A stretch of 64,000 nt of DNA from Macrostomum hystrix (taxonomy: Eukaryota; Animalia; Platyhelminthes). The stretch spans positions 13,826,001-13,890,000 of the forward strand of contig CATNEN010000003.1 of the NCBI GenBank assembly GCA_950097015.1, written 5' to 3'. Shown piece after piece: positions 1 through 12,650 of the stretch. The translations under genes and the position numbers were made by a program. A model generated the notes under the pieces. The model had not been told where the DNA came from, made no database searches, and saw nothing but the letters and a program-made list of their open reading frames with translations. Position 1 is the first letter of the stretch. Each line of letters begins with the position of its first letter.

Positions 1-334
1 AATAGGCAACTCCGAACATGTTCTTTGTTCCGAGAACATGTTCTTTTAAATTAATAAGGCTACTTAATGTATATTAATGAATTAATAACATGAAGAAAAA
101 ACTATGCCTTCCTTGGCATGAGGTCAACAAACAAGACAGAGTTAAACCATACTATGTCTAGTATGGTTTAACACACACACACACATGGTTTACCTCTGTC
201 TTGTTTTTTGACCTCATGCCAAGGAAGGCATAGTTTTTTCTTCATGTTATTAATTCATTAATATACATTAAGTAGCCTTATTAATTTAAAAGAACATGTT
301 CTCGGAACAAAGAACATGTTCGGAGTTGCCTATT
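1..334. mobile_element. Long near-perfect palindrome (foldback/MITE-like), probably truncated by the window start
   Basis: 1-150 is the reverse complement of 185-334 with about 2 mismatches (aataggcaactccgaacatg... / ...catgttcggagttgcctatt). The centre has an inner hairpin gttaaaccatacta-tgtc-tagtatggtttaac (141-172) and a (CA)n tract. Confidence 0.75.
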
Positions 335-1450
335 AGGCGACCGTCGCGCATGTTCGATTACCGTTTCTTAGACCCTATCTCTGTCAACACGGGTGAAATT
401 ACTGAAGTTTCTCGCACACTATGCGTAATACCATTTATCGGCCAAATTGTTCTTACTTTATATTTAATATAAGTAATTGAATTTTACGTGAAAATAATCA
501 TCCTCTAGAAAATAAAAGTTATTTAATGTTCTCTTTGTTATGTGTAATGTTTCCAAAATTTTCCGGTGGAACACTCTTCACTATATAAATATACAAGCAG
601 GCGGAAGGAAATTTATCAACCTTTCTCCGCAAATAACTGTTAACTACTTTATACGAGGATACACAGCCTCGCTCTTTCTTATTTTGAGAAGACTCCTCTT
701 CTACAATATAACATTCATAAAGAGACGAGAGTAGTTCAGTTACTTTTAACCTCGGCTGCGCGATGCTACGTACACAATATACAATTTGGCTCAACTGAGA
801 CGCTGAAGTGGTAGATTTTTTTCTATCTTATTAATCCTTATTTTTTATTAATATTGTTTTTTTTAATGAAGTCAACAAATATAAGATTGAACGAAGATGA
901 GGGATGCTGAAGTTTAATTACTTTTGTTCCGTTTCTGCTTTATTATTTTTTAGCTCTGTAACTACGTGTTTATTCTCAATCTACTTTGTACAAGTCTATG
1001 AACTGAACTAGCAACGAGATAAATGGATTGATTGCACTGAATAACACTGATTGCGATTTATCTGAAAATCTGCTAATAAGAACCTCATAGTGCATGAACG
1101 GCAACCTCTTGACAGAAGTCAAAGGTGGCCGATTGAGAAGCACCCTATATTACTTGTGCGGTTTTGCCCAAACCCTGAAATAGTTGATTATAAATAAGTT
1201 TTAATCGAAAGAAACGGGAAAACAGTTATAAAAATTTTTATATTACAAGCGTATAAACATGCTTTTAAATATAAAGTCACAGTAGTTAAGAGCGATGAGT
1301 GCAATATAAACTTGTGTTAGCACTGATCATACTGACCAATCAAATATATTTTGTGTTTCCAAATATGCGCACATAATTATTACATTTATGCAATACAAAT
1401 TTGAAGTATAGGATTATTACTATTGCGTCATAGTTCGTTGTCATAGTACC

Positions 1451-1851
1451 CAGTGGCGCAACCAGGTTTTGCCTTAGGGGGGGCGGTCTTTGCGTACATT
1501 GCCCTTTGCGTACATTGCCTCGCGGGTCGAAGGGGGGGCACCAGGTGGAGCGCGCTGTTTCGCGGTTTTCGCCCATCATTCCTGGGCCAATTTCAAGGGA
1601 CGGTAGGGTAGGGCCCAGACGATTTAAAAGGTTTAAAAAATCCGAACGCACGCACGATTATAATGAAAGCTTGAAAATTAATATATTACCAGTGGTCTTG
1701 GACTTGGTCTTTGGTGTATGTACGTTGGACTTGGGGGACAGGGAATGAGATAAGGTAATAAATTAAGAAGCGTCTTGGCTTGCCCTTTGCGTACATTGCC
1801 CGCGGGCCGAAGGGGGGCGGCCGCCACCCCGCCCCCCTGGTTGCGCCACTG
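1451..1851. mobile_element. Non-autonomous hAT-type MITE
   Basis: 16-bp TIRs cagtggcgcaaccagg / cctggttgcgccactg; perfect 8-bp TSD atagtacc at 1443-1450 and 1852-1859; internal direct repeat tgccctttgcgtacattgcc. Confidence 0.9.
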
Positions 1852-2289
1852 ATAGTACCTTAAAAACTGATAAAGAAAACAAAATATAATCTTGATTGTA
1901 TACGAAAAAATATTGCGTATCAATTATCTGTCCAGTCAAATAGACAATACAAAAACATGTAACACCATAATTACCGAATATATATATAAAACGAACGCAT
2001 ATTATTAGTTTTTTTGTTTCGTTTTGGCGATAATGTAAATAAATAAACAAATCCATATAGTTTTATATAAAACTCGAATGAGGCAAGGTCTTAGCTATCT
2101 TTATGAAGAGGTTTGAATCTGAAGAAAGCATAATTACACAAAGTAAAATAATTTGGTTTTTGGCGAATTAAAAAATGGGCTTCGGGATGGTAAAACACAA
2201 TAATATTTCCTGAAGATTCAGAAGGAAGGCTTATAATCTTAATAATAAGGATCTGGGACGATATAATCCCAATATGAAAATCTCGTAGT

Positions 2290-2600
2290 ATTTTAAATCT
2301 AATCTGAGGATACAATATGAGATCCTTCAGCTGGATTTGAGGATTTAAGGCGATTATAATCCCAATCTGATGATTTGGGAAGATAAAAATCCCAATTAGG
2401 ATTTAGGAGGGATATAATATTTAGTCTGAGGATTTATCTGAGGATGAGGATTTTAGAGAATTTTAATCCAAAATCTAAGAATTTAGGATTAACGATAGTA
2501 ATATAAATATGAGGATTTGGGAAGATTAAAATCCCACTGAGGATTTAGAAGGGATATAATCCCTAATCTGAGGATTTTTTAGATGTCTGAGGATAAAAGG
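2290..2600. repeat. Degenerate tandem repeat (tgaggattt/aatccc motifs)
   Basis: Recurrent tgaggattt...ataatccc units visible by eye. Confidence 0.6.
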
Positions 2601-3629
2601 CCTTTAAAATTAAATTGTCGCACTTTTATTGCATATTTTGTGTTACGCAAGCATACCTGATGCAAGAAACAGAATTAAATCTTATTAGGTGTGCTTCAAA
2701 AGCTGCGAATTTATCAGAAATTCAATAAGGGCGCATTTCAGAGTTTTCTATTAAAATCATGAACTCATTTCAGGTTATTTTCAGGTCTGGAGCGATTCTT
2801 AATGCTTAGCTTGTAACTCCTAACAATATAGAAGTTTTCTAAAGTAATTTTCCATGCAATAATTAGAAAATCTTTGGCAAAAGATAAATAGCGAAACACT
2901 AAACTCGAATGAATAAAAAGAGAAAGTTTTGAGAACTTTACAAAGCCTCTATTTGGCAGACAATATACATCTATTGTAGAGTAAGTTGCGCATACTATAA
3001 ACTTAAATAATGCATCGCAACTATGGAAAATATAAATCAATATGTATCGGTCATTTTTGTTAACCTTTCTAGTTTATTTACAGTAGCGTAGATAATATAT
3101 TCGTGAAATTTTCTTTAGAAAATCAATCATGGAAACTCATTAGTTTAGGAAGGATCATTAAAAGTTAATTTAAAAAAATACTTTGGACAGTTTAAGAGCA
3201 TACTTGATTGGTATTGACAGAGAAAATTGAGAACTTAAAAAATTAGCAACTAAGACGTTAGGCCTAAAACAAAACAACACAATGGAGATTAACCTAATAT
3301 ATATCTTTATCACAAACACATTTATCAATGATTAGGGATAATCATCACTTTGATCTGATAAATTATGTTATAGAAGTTAACCAAACAACTGTACACTGAG
3401 AGTGATATGTGATATTTGCGCATAGACGTGTCATACAATGTAGTTGGCTGACGTGGAAACTGTCTTCGGGGTGCCTGCAATTATTCATTTTTCGATTAAG
3501 GATTTCAAATTTATTAGTATTCAATCCCTACATCTAATATATAGCGCTAATTTGAAAGATCGTTAATCCGTAATCCACTAATCTTTACAAAAGCAGCTGT
3601 TAATTATTAATCCATCAGTTTGTTGTTTA

Positions 3630-4140
3630 ACTAGCCTATAATCCTTAATTTATCAGTCTGTTCCTCAGCTAGCCTATAATCCTTAATCCATCAGTCTGTT
3701 CCTCGGCTAGCCAATAATCCTTAATCCACCAGTCTGTTCCTCGGCTAGCCAATAATCCTTAATCCACCAGTCTGTTCCTCAGCTAGCCAATAATCCTTAA
3801 TCCAGCAGTCTGTTCCTCGGCTAGCCAATAATCCTTAATCCACCAGTCTGTTCCTCGGCTAGCCAATAATCCTTAATCCACCAGTCTGTTCCTCGGCTAG
3901 CCAATAATCCTTAATCCACCAGTCTGTTCCTCAGCTAGCCAATAATCCTTAATCCACCAGTCTGTTCCTCGGCTAGCCAATAATCCTTAATCCACCAGTC
4001 TGTTCCTCAGCTAGCCAATAATCCTTAATCCACCAGTCTGTTCCTCAGCTAGCCAATAATCCTTAATCCACCAGTCCGTTCCTCAGCTAGCCAATAATCC
4101 TTAATCCACCAGTCTGTTCCTCAGCTAGCAGATAGTCTTT
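3630..4140. repeat. 38-bp minisatellite
   Basis: Unit ctagccaataatccttaatccaccagtctgttcctc(a/g)g, about 13 copies; more diverged copies to ~4390. Confidence 0.95.
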
Positions 4141-4390
4141 AATCAATCAGTCTGTTCCTTACATGATTTTACGGTTGATATTGCACCTATATATTATATT
4201 ATATTATAATATTATATTGCCGATAATAACTAGCCAATAATACTTAATTCATCTATGTGCTCTTTAACTAGTCGATAATCAGTAATCCATCAGTCTGTTC
4301 TTTAACTAGCCGATAATCATTAATCCACCAGTCTATGTTTCAGTTAGCCATTAATCCTCATAATATAATAGTCCGATCCTCAAGTAGCCT

Positions 4391-7300
4391 TTAATACCTC
4401 ATGCTATTTAATCCATCGGCATGAAACTTACCTGTGCCACCAGATATGACGTGATCGCTAACAACATGACCATTGTAACCGCTTTCCTCACCAACACCGC
4501 TATCTGGTTTGTGATGACTCTGCATAGGTTTCGGTGTGGCTTTGGCTGCACTGGAAACAGGCTGATTGGTTGTAACAATCGAAACACTGCTTTGTTCAGT
4601 TCCGTTGCTAATTCCGTTTCCTCTGCCGGAGTGTTGATGATTTGAATAGCGGACAGTGGCATTTGTTGCGGCAAAAGCTGCGCCGTTAGTGACTAAACTA
4701 ACGCTAGACTGATAGACGCTGCCTAATACGATAACCTCTTCGTTGAATTTTAACAAAGATGGCGACACAGGGCCGAACAGTATGTAGCAGCAGTTGGAGG
4801 CGCCACTGCCTTGATCAAACGGATTTATTAAATCTGGGTGGCGCCTCTGATTAAAGCTGCCTTTTATCTGTAAAGTTCAGTGAAATTAAAATTTAGCTAT
4901 TAATTGACAAGCAGACATCAGCCAATCAGAAGAGACTTAGGAGGAGGCAAATAACAAAGTAATAGAAAATTTTTGGCCAATCAAAATGGATCTGGAGCTT
5001 AGACAGAAAAATATCAGTAAAATAGTTTGCTAGCCAATAGAAAACATTTTAGGGGTAAGAAAGAAAATTTAAGATCCCTCTGGGAAATTGCCCCGATAAC
5101 TTCACCCGAAAATTTTTGGTCAAACGCGATCAAATGGCGTACGAGTATTTCGACCATGTAAAAACTATCGTGTTTGAATCGGGTTTGCGTTAGGAAATGT
5201 AGCGGAATCGTAAATTTCACCCGATTCAAATGTGATAACATGTCCGAATTTAATTCGATTTAAGGTTGATGATCGGGTTCGATAACAAAACGATTCACTT
5301 CCGATTCAGACTCGCTTTTCGATACGATAATCGCCCAGTTATCGCATTTGTTACCGGGCGAGTTATTGGGAGAGAAAAATTGGACTACAGAATCAATCCA
5401 CTTCTGTTTCAAACTCGATTTTTCACGCGATTATGGTCCAGTTATTGAGTGAGATAAACCCATTTTCTTCTAATTTCTTTTTTCTGTAGACTTTACTTAA
5501 TTTCTAAACGAAAAAATTGCACTTTAATATACATGTAGCTTTTTGCAGACCATTTGATCCTTCGAGCATTCGATTTAATCCACACTGGCAAAATCCAAGC
5601 GTTTCAGGCCGATTTTCAAGTTGTCTATGGCCAAAAGTATGACCATAGAGCAATCGATTTGATAATTCGGACACGCATTTAGTCCCGCCCCATAGATTTA
5701 ATATTTTATTTGAAGGATCAAATCGATTGCTCTATGGCAGGGGTCGGCAAACTTATTAGCTAGCGGGCCAAAGAGAGAACCTAAAATATCATATTGGGCC
5801 GCATTGACTGTAGAAATATGAGACAGGGGAGAGACACGAGGCAGGCGAGAGATGAGACATGGGAGAGACAAGACAATGGAGAGATAAGAAACGGGAGCGA
5901 TAAGACACGGAAGAGATGAGACAGGGGAGAGACGAGACAGGGGATAAATAAGACAGGGGATAGATGAAACAGGGGAGAGATGAGACAGGGGAGAGATAAG
6001 ACAGGGGATAGATGAGACAGGGGAGAGATGAGACAATGGAGAGATAAGAAACGGGAGAGATAAGGAACAGGAGAGATGAGACAGGGGAGAGACGAGACAG
6101 GGGATAAATAAGACAGGGGATAGATGAAACAGGGGAGAGATGAGACAGGGGAGAGATAAGACAGGGGATAAATAAGACAGGGGATAGATGAAACAGGGGA
6201 GAGATGAGACAGGGGAGAGATAAGACAGGGGATAAATAAGACAGGGGATAGATGAAACAGGGGAGAGATGAGACAGGGGAGAGATAAGACAGGGGATAAA
6301 TAAGACAGGGGATAGATGAAACAGGGGAGAGATGAGACAGGGGAGAGATAAGACAGGGGATAGATGAGACAGGGGAGAGATGAGACAGGGGAGAGATGAG
6401 ACAATGGAGAGATAAGAAACGGGAGAGATAAGGAACAGGAGAGATAAGACAGGGGAGAGACGAGACAGGGGAGAAATAAGACAGGGGATAGATGAAACAG
6501 GGGAGAGATAAGACAGGGGATAGATGAGACAGGGGAGAGATGAGACAATGGAGAGATAAGAAACGGGAGAGATAAGGAACAGGAGAGATAAGACAGGGGA
6601 GAGACGAGACAGGGGAGAAATAAGACAGGGGATAGATGAAACAGGGGAGAGATAAGACAGGGGAGAGATAAGACAGGGGATAGATGAAACAGGGGAGAGA
6701 TAAGACAGGGGAGAGATAAGACAGGGGAGAGATGAGACAGGGGAGAGATGAGACAGGGGAGAGATGAGACAATGGAGAGATAAGAAACGGGAGAGATAAG
6801 GAACAGGAGAGATAAGACAGGGGAGAGACGAGACAGGGGAGAAATAAGACAGGGGATAGATGAAACAGGGGAGAGATAAGACAGGGGATAGATGAGACAG
6901 GGGAGAGATGAGACAATGGAGAGATAAGAAACGGGAGAGATAAGGAACAGGAGAGATAAGACAGGGGAGAGACGAGACAGGGGAGAAATAAGACAGGGGA
7001 TAGATGAAACAGGGGAGAGATAAGACAGGGGAGAGATAAGACAGGGGATAGATGAAACAGGGGAGAGATAAGACAGGGGAGAGATAAGACAGGGGAGAGA
7101 TGAGACAGGATACTAGGTGTCGGAAGGGGGCAACGGGCCGGATTTGGGAGCTTCGAGGGCCGCATCTGGCCCGCGGGCCGGAGTTTGCCGACCCCTGCTC
7201 TATGGTCATAAGGGTAGGAAATGCTTTTGCTTCGGCTTCGCGCACTCGTGCCTTTGCCATTGACGCACTCATCGGCGTGGAGGAAGCATTCAGTCCTGAA

Positions 7301-9450
7301 CACCACTCCTTAACGGGTGATTTAATTAACAGAAAACATTTAGGTAGATAATTGTTATCGTGTCGCATTATCGTTTTTACGCATAATTATCGAGTGTAAA
7401 TCGGAAATTTCGCTCGATAAATTTCAAAGTCGATAACGCACAAGTTATCGGGTCTGTTATCAGGTGTCTCACCCGATTTTCCGATTTTCCGAACACGATA
7501 ATTGCAATCGAATAGAACCTGATTCGCAAGTTATCGGGTGAATTTCACACAGGGAAAACAGGCTAGCGAATGAGAATAAAGCTGAAGCTCGTACACTAGC
7601 CAATAGAAACTGAGAATATGTAAATGTAAAAAAATACCAGATAAGCGACTCACATCCTCATTTGTAGAGGTCTCCCGACAAATTAGCAGAGTGTGAAAAC
7701 CGCCAAGGCCCACAACGGACCAGATAGAGAAAAAAGCCACTAATATAGTTAGCATAGTAAATGGAGGAATTCAGTTTGGTCATGGTTAAGGAAAATAAAT
7801 ATAGCATGACTTTAAAATCAAGTTTAAACCTAGAAGACAATAAAAGCGACAATTCTTTTTAACAAAAGGATATCTTGTAGGTGAGTCTTTCATTGCCAGT
7901 AGAAAATCCTTGTGTTTGTTGGCGACTAAAATGGAACGCAGAAATGGATTGTAATATAAATAATAAATAAAAAATTCTACTTATTGGGCCAAATTTGCAG
8001 CCGACAGCGCAGCCGCAGCTATTGCGCGCCGCATCTGAAGGCTGCGTACTGCTGTTCAGTCCATGGACTGGGGGACGCCACACCCATCCTCAATTATCCC
8101 AGCTGATGCTGGTACCCATTTAACAGCTGGGTGAACTAAAACACTGCAGAGTTAAGTGTCTTGCTAAAGAACAAAAATTGTTCCTGTTGAGTCGGGAATC
8201 GAACCCCTAACCTTCAAGTCGTGAGTCCGCCGGTTAACCACTAGGCTACAACTCAGTAAAGAACAATACAGGGTAAAGGGTTTATGTATAAAGGAAAGCG
8301 AAAACAAAATTTGCAAGCAAGTATAACGAACAGACTTACGCAACACCAGATTAACGATACCGATGATCATAACGTAGAAGCAATAGACAGACAGGCTAAC
8401 AAGGAACAGATAGAAATAGCGATAATTTCTTCTGCCAACACAGTTTCCAACCCACGGGCAGTGATGATCGAAGCGGTCGACGCAATTGTCGCACGTTGAA
8501 CAATGGCTAGCACGCGGAGGGCGCCAGATTTTGCAAGTGAAGCAGTACTTCAGCTTGAACGATCGGCCATTGATTTGGACGTCTTTTAGTCGCACAGGTG
8601 GACGATAATTGCCTTCTCGGTCTGCTTTGGGACCTTCTGCGGGAGGGTCAGAATTCCTCAAATGGTCAGCTGACCTGCAGACATTCACTAGGATTAGCCT
8701 CTTTGATCTGCCGACATTTAATAGGACTAGCCCCTTTGATCTGCCGACATTTAATAGGACTAGCCCCTTTGATCTGCCGACATTTAATAGGACTAGCCCC
8801 TTTGATCTGCCGAAATTTAATAGGACTAGCCCCTTTGATCTGCCGACATTTAATAGGACTAGCCCCTTTGATCTGCCGACATTTAATAGGACTAGCCTCT
8901 TTGATCTGCCGACATTTAATAGGACTAGCCCCTTTGATCTGCCGACATTTAATAGGACTAGCCCCTTTGATCTGCCGACATTTAATAGGACTAGCCTCTT
9001 TGATCTGCCGACATTTAATAGGACTAGCCTCTTTGAGCTGATCATAGACTCAAAGCTGATCATAGACTCAAAGCTGATCAAGGACTCAAAACTGATCAAA
9101 GACTTGTAGAGTCCCAGCTGTTCATATCATAGACAAACCAATAACTTACCTAGTTCCGCTTCAATCCAAGCAGCCTCATCTTGTGTGCCTCTTGGTATGA
9201 TACCAGGATCGCTAAATGTAGTCCTCAAAAGGCAGCAAAGTACAAAGATGAATTGAATAGCGGCAGCAACTGGCACAGCTGGCGATAAGTTCAGAGCCAA
9301 TATTCTACAGTCGAATGCAAAGAACAGGCCAGAACTAATCACTATTAGTGCTAATGTTAGATAGAAAATTGACAGACTATTAGCTGAGATACAATGTCCG
9401 CCACAGGTGACCTTACTCTTGCCCTGATAAAGCTCCCATCCTTTGGGCAT
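4391..9450 (-). CDS. DHHC palmitoyltransferase, ZDHHC9/14/18 (Erf2/approximated) subfamily, ~420 aa
   Basis: Coding exons 9450-9150, 8669-8340, 7925-7874, 7756-7654, 4867-4391 join in frame (1263 nt). Motifs: [60 protein letters not shown]...[15 protein letters not shown]...STNEDIKGSF...NPF. Intron 7873-7757 is AT-AC; the others are GT-AG. Confidence 0.93.
5738..7197. mobile_element. hAT (Charlie-like) non-autonomous element inflated by an internal minisatellite
   Basis: TIRs caggggtcggcaaact / agtttgccgacccctg; 8-bp TSD ctctatgg at 5730-5737 and 7198-7205; subterminal ggcccgcgggccg motif. Confidence 0.9.
5815..7108. repeat. ~17-bp purine-rich minisatellite with higher-order structure
   Basis: Unit ~gagacaggggagagat(g/a) with recurring variant blocks (aatggagagataagaaacggg); it generates the stop-free ORFs in all three minus frames. 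Confidence 0.95.
7757..7873 (-). other. U12-type (minor spliceosome) AT-AC intron
   Basis: Minus strand: 5' site ATATCCTTTT, branch point TTCCTTAAC (7793-7785), 3' end ...CATTTAC. Removal gives in-frame [15 protein letters not shown] matching the ZDHHC9/14 subfamily. Confidence 0.88.
7960..8254 (-). mobile_element. tRNA-derived SINE (CORE-like body), family A
   Basis: Minus strand: A box tagcctagtgg, B box ggttcgattcc, then ttagcaagacacttaactct...cacccagctgttaaatgggtacc; second copy at ~60790-61005. Confidence 0.8.
8686..9105. repeat. 33-bp minisatellite followed by an 18-bp repeat (ZDHHC intron 1)
   Basis: Unit ggactagcccctttgatctgccgacatttaata, ~10.5 copies; then ctgatcatagactcaaag, ~4 copies. 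Confidence 0.95.
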
Positions 9451-11354
9451 GACAGTAATTTAATTTGTTTATTTTATTTGCTAATAGCCTATCGATTGAT
9501 CAGTTAAGATTTAAGCTGGGCTGAGCAAAAGATGGTCTTGATTGAGACTTCTCTGAAAAGATGATTAAAATAGCATATTAGTTAAATATGAATTTGAAAA
9601 TTGTAAGTTTAAACAGTTACTGTTACTTTAGTAGGCTTCATAATAGAAATGAGCTTTAGCTTCTAAGTCTAATTAGTAAAATTAGTCGTTTGTTTACAAG
9701 TTTTAGTCAATTAAAATTAATTTAATAATAATAAAATGTGGGACTATCTAGACAGCATTCTGCACACTCAAGTACTGAGTTGCTAATTGAACCCTTAACT
9801 TTCAAGGGGCTTTTAGTTGTAGCTAATTATACAACCACTGGCTCCCAGTTTAACTATCAAAATTGAACTTAGCTACAAAAAAACGGAATCATCCAATATG
9901 CTTAATTTATACTCAGTTCCATAGCCCAAACAAATGTTGGCATATAAAACTTTTTGAGTTGCAGCCTGATATTACTAGCATGTATTGCCACAGTACAGCA
10001 CCAATAACATTTAGATAATTGTCATAGTACTGTGGCAATAAGGCCTACATATTTACACTGAAGACTAGACCAATGTGTTCTTGCATTTTCTACAGTAATG
10101 CCATGACAATAAGGCCTGAATACACATGCTGAGTAAATTAAGCATAAAATCAAATATTAGCTAGTATCCATTAGTATAAAGAAGTAAAAAACATTTATAA
10201 TAAAAGACATACTACCAAAATTCAAATTTGGCCTTAAGGGGAATCAAAATAAGCAATATATTGTAGCAGACCTCTCAGCTCTCTCTCTATTTGTTGGATT
10301 TGGGATTGGCGAGCTGAGTATTTGGGGGGGATGGTAGTGTAAGTTATGAGGGTGAGAATAGGTATTTTCCACACTGTTTCGCTTATACCCAAGGAAGCGC
10401 TAATGCCCGAGCGGCAAGACACTAGCTACAAAAATGGGAGAAGAATCAACTGTTGCTGGCACGAGGGCTTAGGTCACTGATCTGGGGCACACAGTCTGTG
10501 GTGCATATTAGGATGGATCAAAGTTGCCTGGTGAAGGTGGATTTCAGATAGACTTCAGGTGGACTTTTAGATGGGATTTTAGATGGGATTTTAGATGGGA
10601 TTTTGGGGTCTCAAAGGGGTCATATAATAGGGTGGATTTGGGTGACGAAGGCCAATGAGAGAACTTTAGGAGAGGATAGCAGGTAAAGGGATTTAACAGT
10701 TTTACTCCTATTAGGAAAATAACTAAGGGAACTCAGTTTATTTAATAGCAAAACAGGGAAAGAGGTAGGAAGTGGAATTGCATATATTTCGTATAGGTTG
10801 TATCAAATGTAGAGCAAAACTTTGAGAATGTATAGAATGTAAAGCAGGTAAATATAGCATTATATTATTCTCAGTATATATATATCAAAATTGGGGTGGG
10901 TGCATGTCCCACTTGAGTGCGCATTCAACGAAAAAAGAGCGCTGCGTGAGGTTATGACAAATAGCTAGCATGTGAGAAAAAGTGGCGGGAATTAAAAATA
11001 AAAAGTGTCCTAACTATTCACTGCCTCAATATATATATATTTTTATGTTCTTAAATTTTCCCAACTCTATAGACAAACTAGAACTAGAAGTAAAAAGTTC
11101 TTAATAAAACTTTAATTGGCTCTAATATTTAGCTATAAAAAGAAAGTTTTTTTAATTATATTTATTTCACAATTTCTATTTTTGGTAAAATAAACTTCAT
11201 ACAAATGTCCTCTGCTATAAAGAAAAGAAAAAATGTTGTCCACTATGACTTTTATCCTTACAAAATAAAGGATCATATTGATTGTTCTAAAAAAGTTTAT
11301 TTTTGGGAATGTGGTACTCTCTGCAAGTATCAATATGATTCTATCAAATTAAAT

Positions 11355-11634
11355 CATACATGCACAACACCCGGCTGACCCGGCCGAACTGGCCGGGTGA
11401 AATGAGGGCCAAGCAAGGTAAGTCGCAAAAACCAATCGACCAAGCACAAAAAAATCAAAGGGGGACCAAGGGACAAAAAAGGAAGGCGTGAAGAAAAGGA
11501 AAAAGGGGAGAGAAAAAGAGAGCAAATGAGAGCAAACTAAGTCGTAAATAGAGCAATGAAACAAAGTAAGTCGCAAATGAGAGCAAATACTAAGTCGCAA
11601 GGCCAGCTAAGATTTGGGAGGTTGCGCATGTATG
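11355..11634. mobile_element. MITE with CATA termini, copy 1
   Basis: TIRs catacatgc(a/g)caac / gttgcgcatgtatg; flanked by a 9-bp direct repeat aaattaaat (11346-11354, 11635-11643); highly similar copy at 14630-14906. Confidence 0.85.
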
Positions 11635-11969
11635 AAATTAAATGCTATATTAAAAATTATGTTATGCATTGTACTCTTTAGCTAACTCACCACTTTGTAT
11701 TCATAATTTAGCAAGTGGTCTCTCTCTTATGCATAGCTTGGCATCACTGCACACAAATTGTAAGCTATATACAAATCTGTTAAAGTTAAGCAAAGAACTA
11801 AAAAACTGCTAAATTAATATTCCATCTGCAACTGGCATGTACATCGACATAATAGCAGTGCTTAATTTCTTAGAAATCAAAGTTCAAGTATTAATGTTTA
11901 ATTTGTTTAAGAAAGAAAACAACATTTTCAAAATAATTACAAATAAAAAATTCAACTTTCTACTTGGGA

Positions 11970-12650
11970 AGTGCTTAGGCCTATTCCCACGGTCCCATGC
12001 TGATAATTTCAATTTTATCCACACGGATCTGTGCCAATAATTTTCTGCTTATCCACATGGCAGCTTGTATGAATAGGTCTACTTTCAAGTCCATACCTAT
12101 TCTACTCTGAGCATAAGGCCTTTGCTCCAGAGTATAGTGTATAGTATACACTATCAATGCATAGTGTAAAAGAATAACAATGATGTATAATATGTGTGAC
12201 GAGTTTGGTGCTGACTAGAATTCTGCTGGTTGACTTGTATGATTTTCTTTGATAGACTTCTTACTTTGTTGTAATTCAAAACAACTTGAATGAAAACATG
12301 TAACGATGACAAAATATTTAGTAAGTTGTTATTACAATAATTAAAAAGGATAAAAATAATGTCGGTTAATGTATGTGTAGGTCGAAATGTAGAACACTGT
12401 CGTAACACACTGGCAACTTTGTTGATCTATTGGCTTGAGGGTTCAACAGAACATTGAAACCCGAAAGGGTCTCGTTTCAGAGAACAGAACAGTGTGGATA
12501 ATATTGAAATTAACCGCACGGCATATTTATATAAAGAGTTTTAGACCTATTCATACAAGCTGCCATGTGGACAAGCAGAAAATTATCGTAATGGATCCAT
12601 GTGGATAAAATTGAAATTATCGGTACAGGATCCTGGGAATAAGCCCTGCC
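11970..12650. mobile_element. Two arms of a foldback MITE family (same family as 14046-14243)
   Basis: ttcccacggtcccatgctgataatttcaattttatccacacggatc...gcagcttgtatgaataggtct at ~11984-12080, and its reverse complement at ~12541-12646. Confidence 0.65.

Larger units (their letters stand above)
5076..7554. mobile_element. Non-autonomous TIR element with CCC termini (possibly CMC/EnSpm-derived) in ZDHHC intron 4
   Basis: Imperfect TIRs ccctctgggaaattgccccgataact / agttatcgggtgaatttcacacaggg; many subterminal cgataa/ttatcg motifs at both ends; no clean TSD. Confidence 0.6.

Noticed and set aside
5698-7368. 556/505/255-aa ORFs in three frames
   Set aside because: Translation of a 17-bp minisatellite inside an intronic hAT MITE; no protein signal.
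8170-8254. tRNA-like sequences (also 26165-26242 and 60790-60830)
   Set aside because: A/B boxes are present, but the acceptor stems are not intact and each continues into a SINE body; called SINE heads, not tRNA genes.
10230-10780. GC-richer patch, possible old retroelement fragment
   Set aside because: No recognisable motif or termini could be read.
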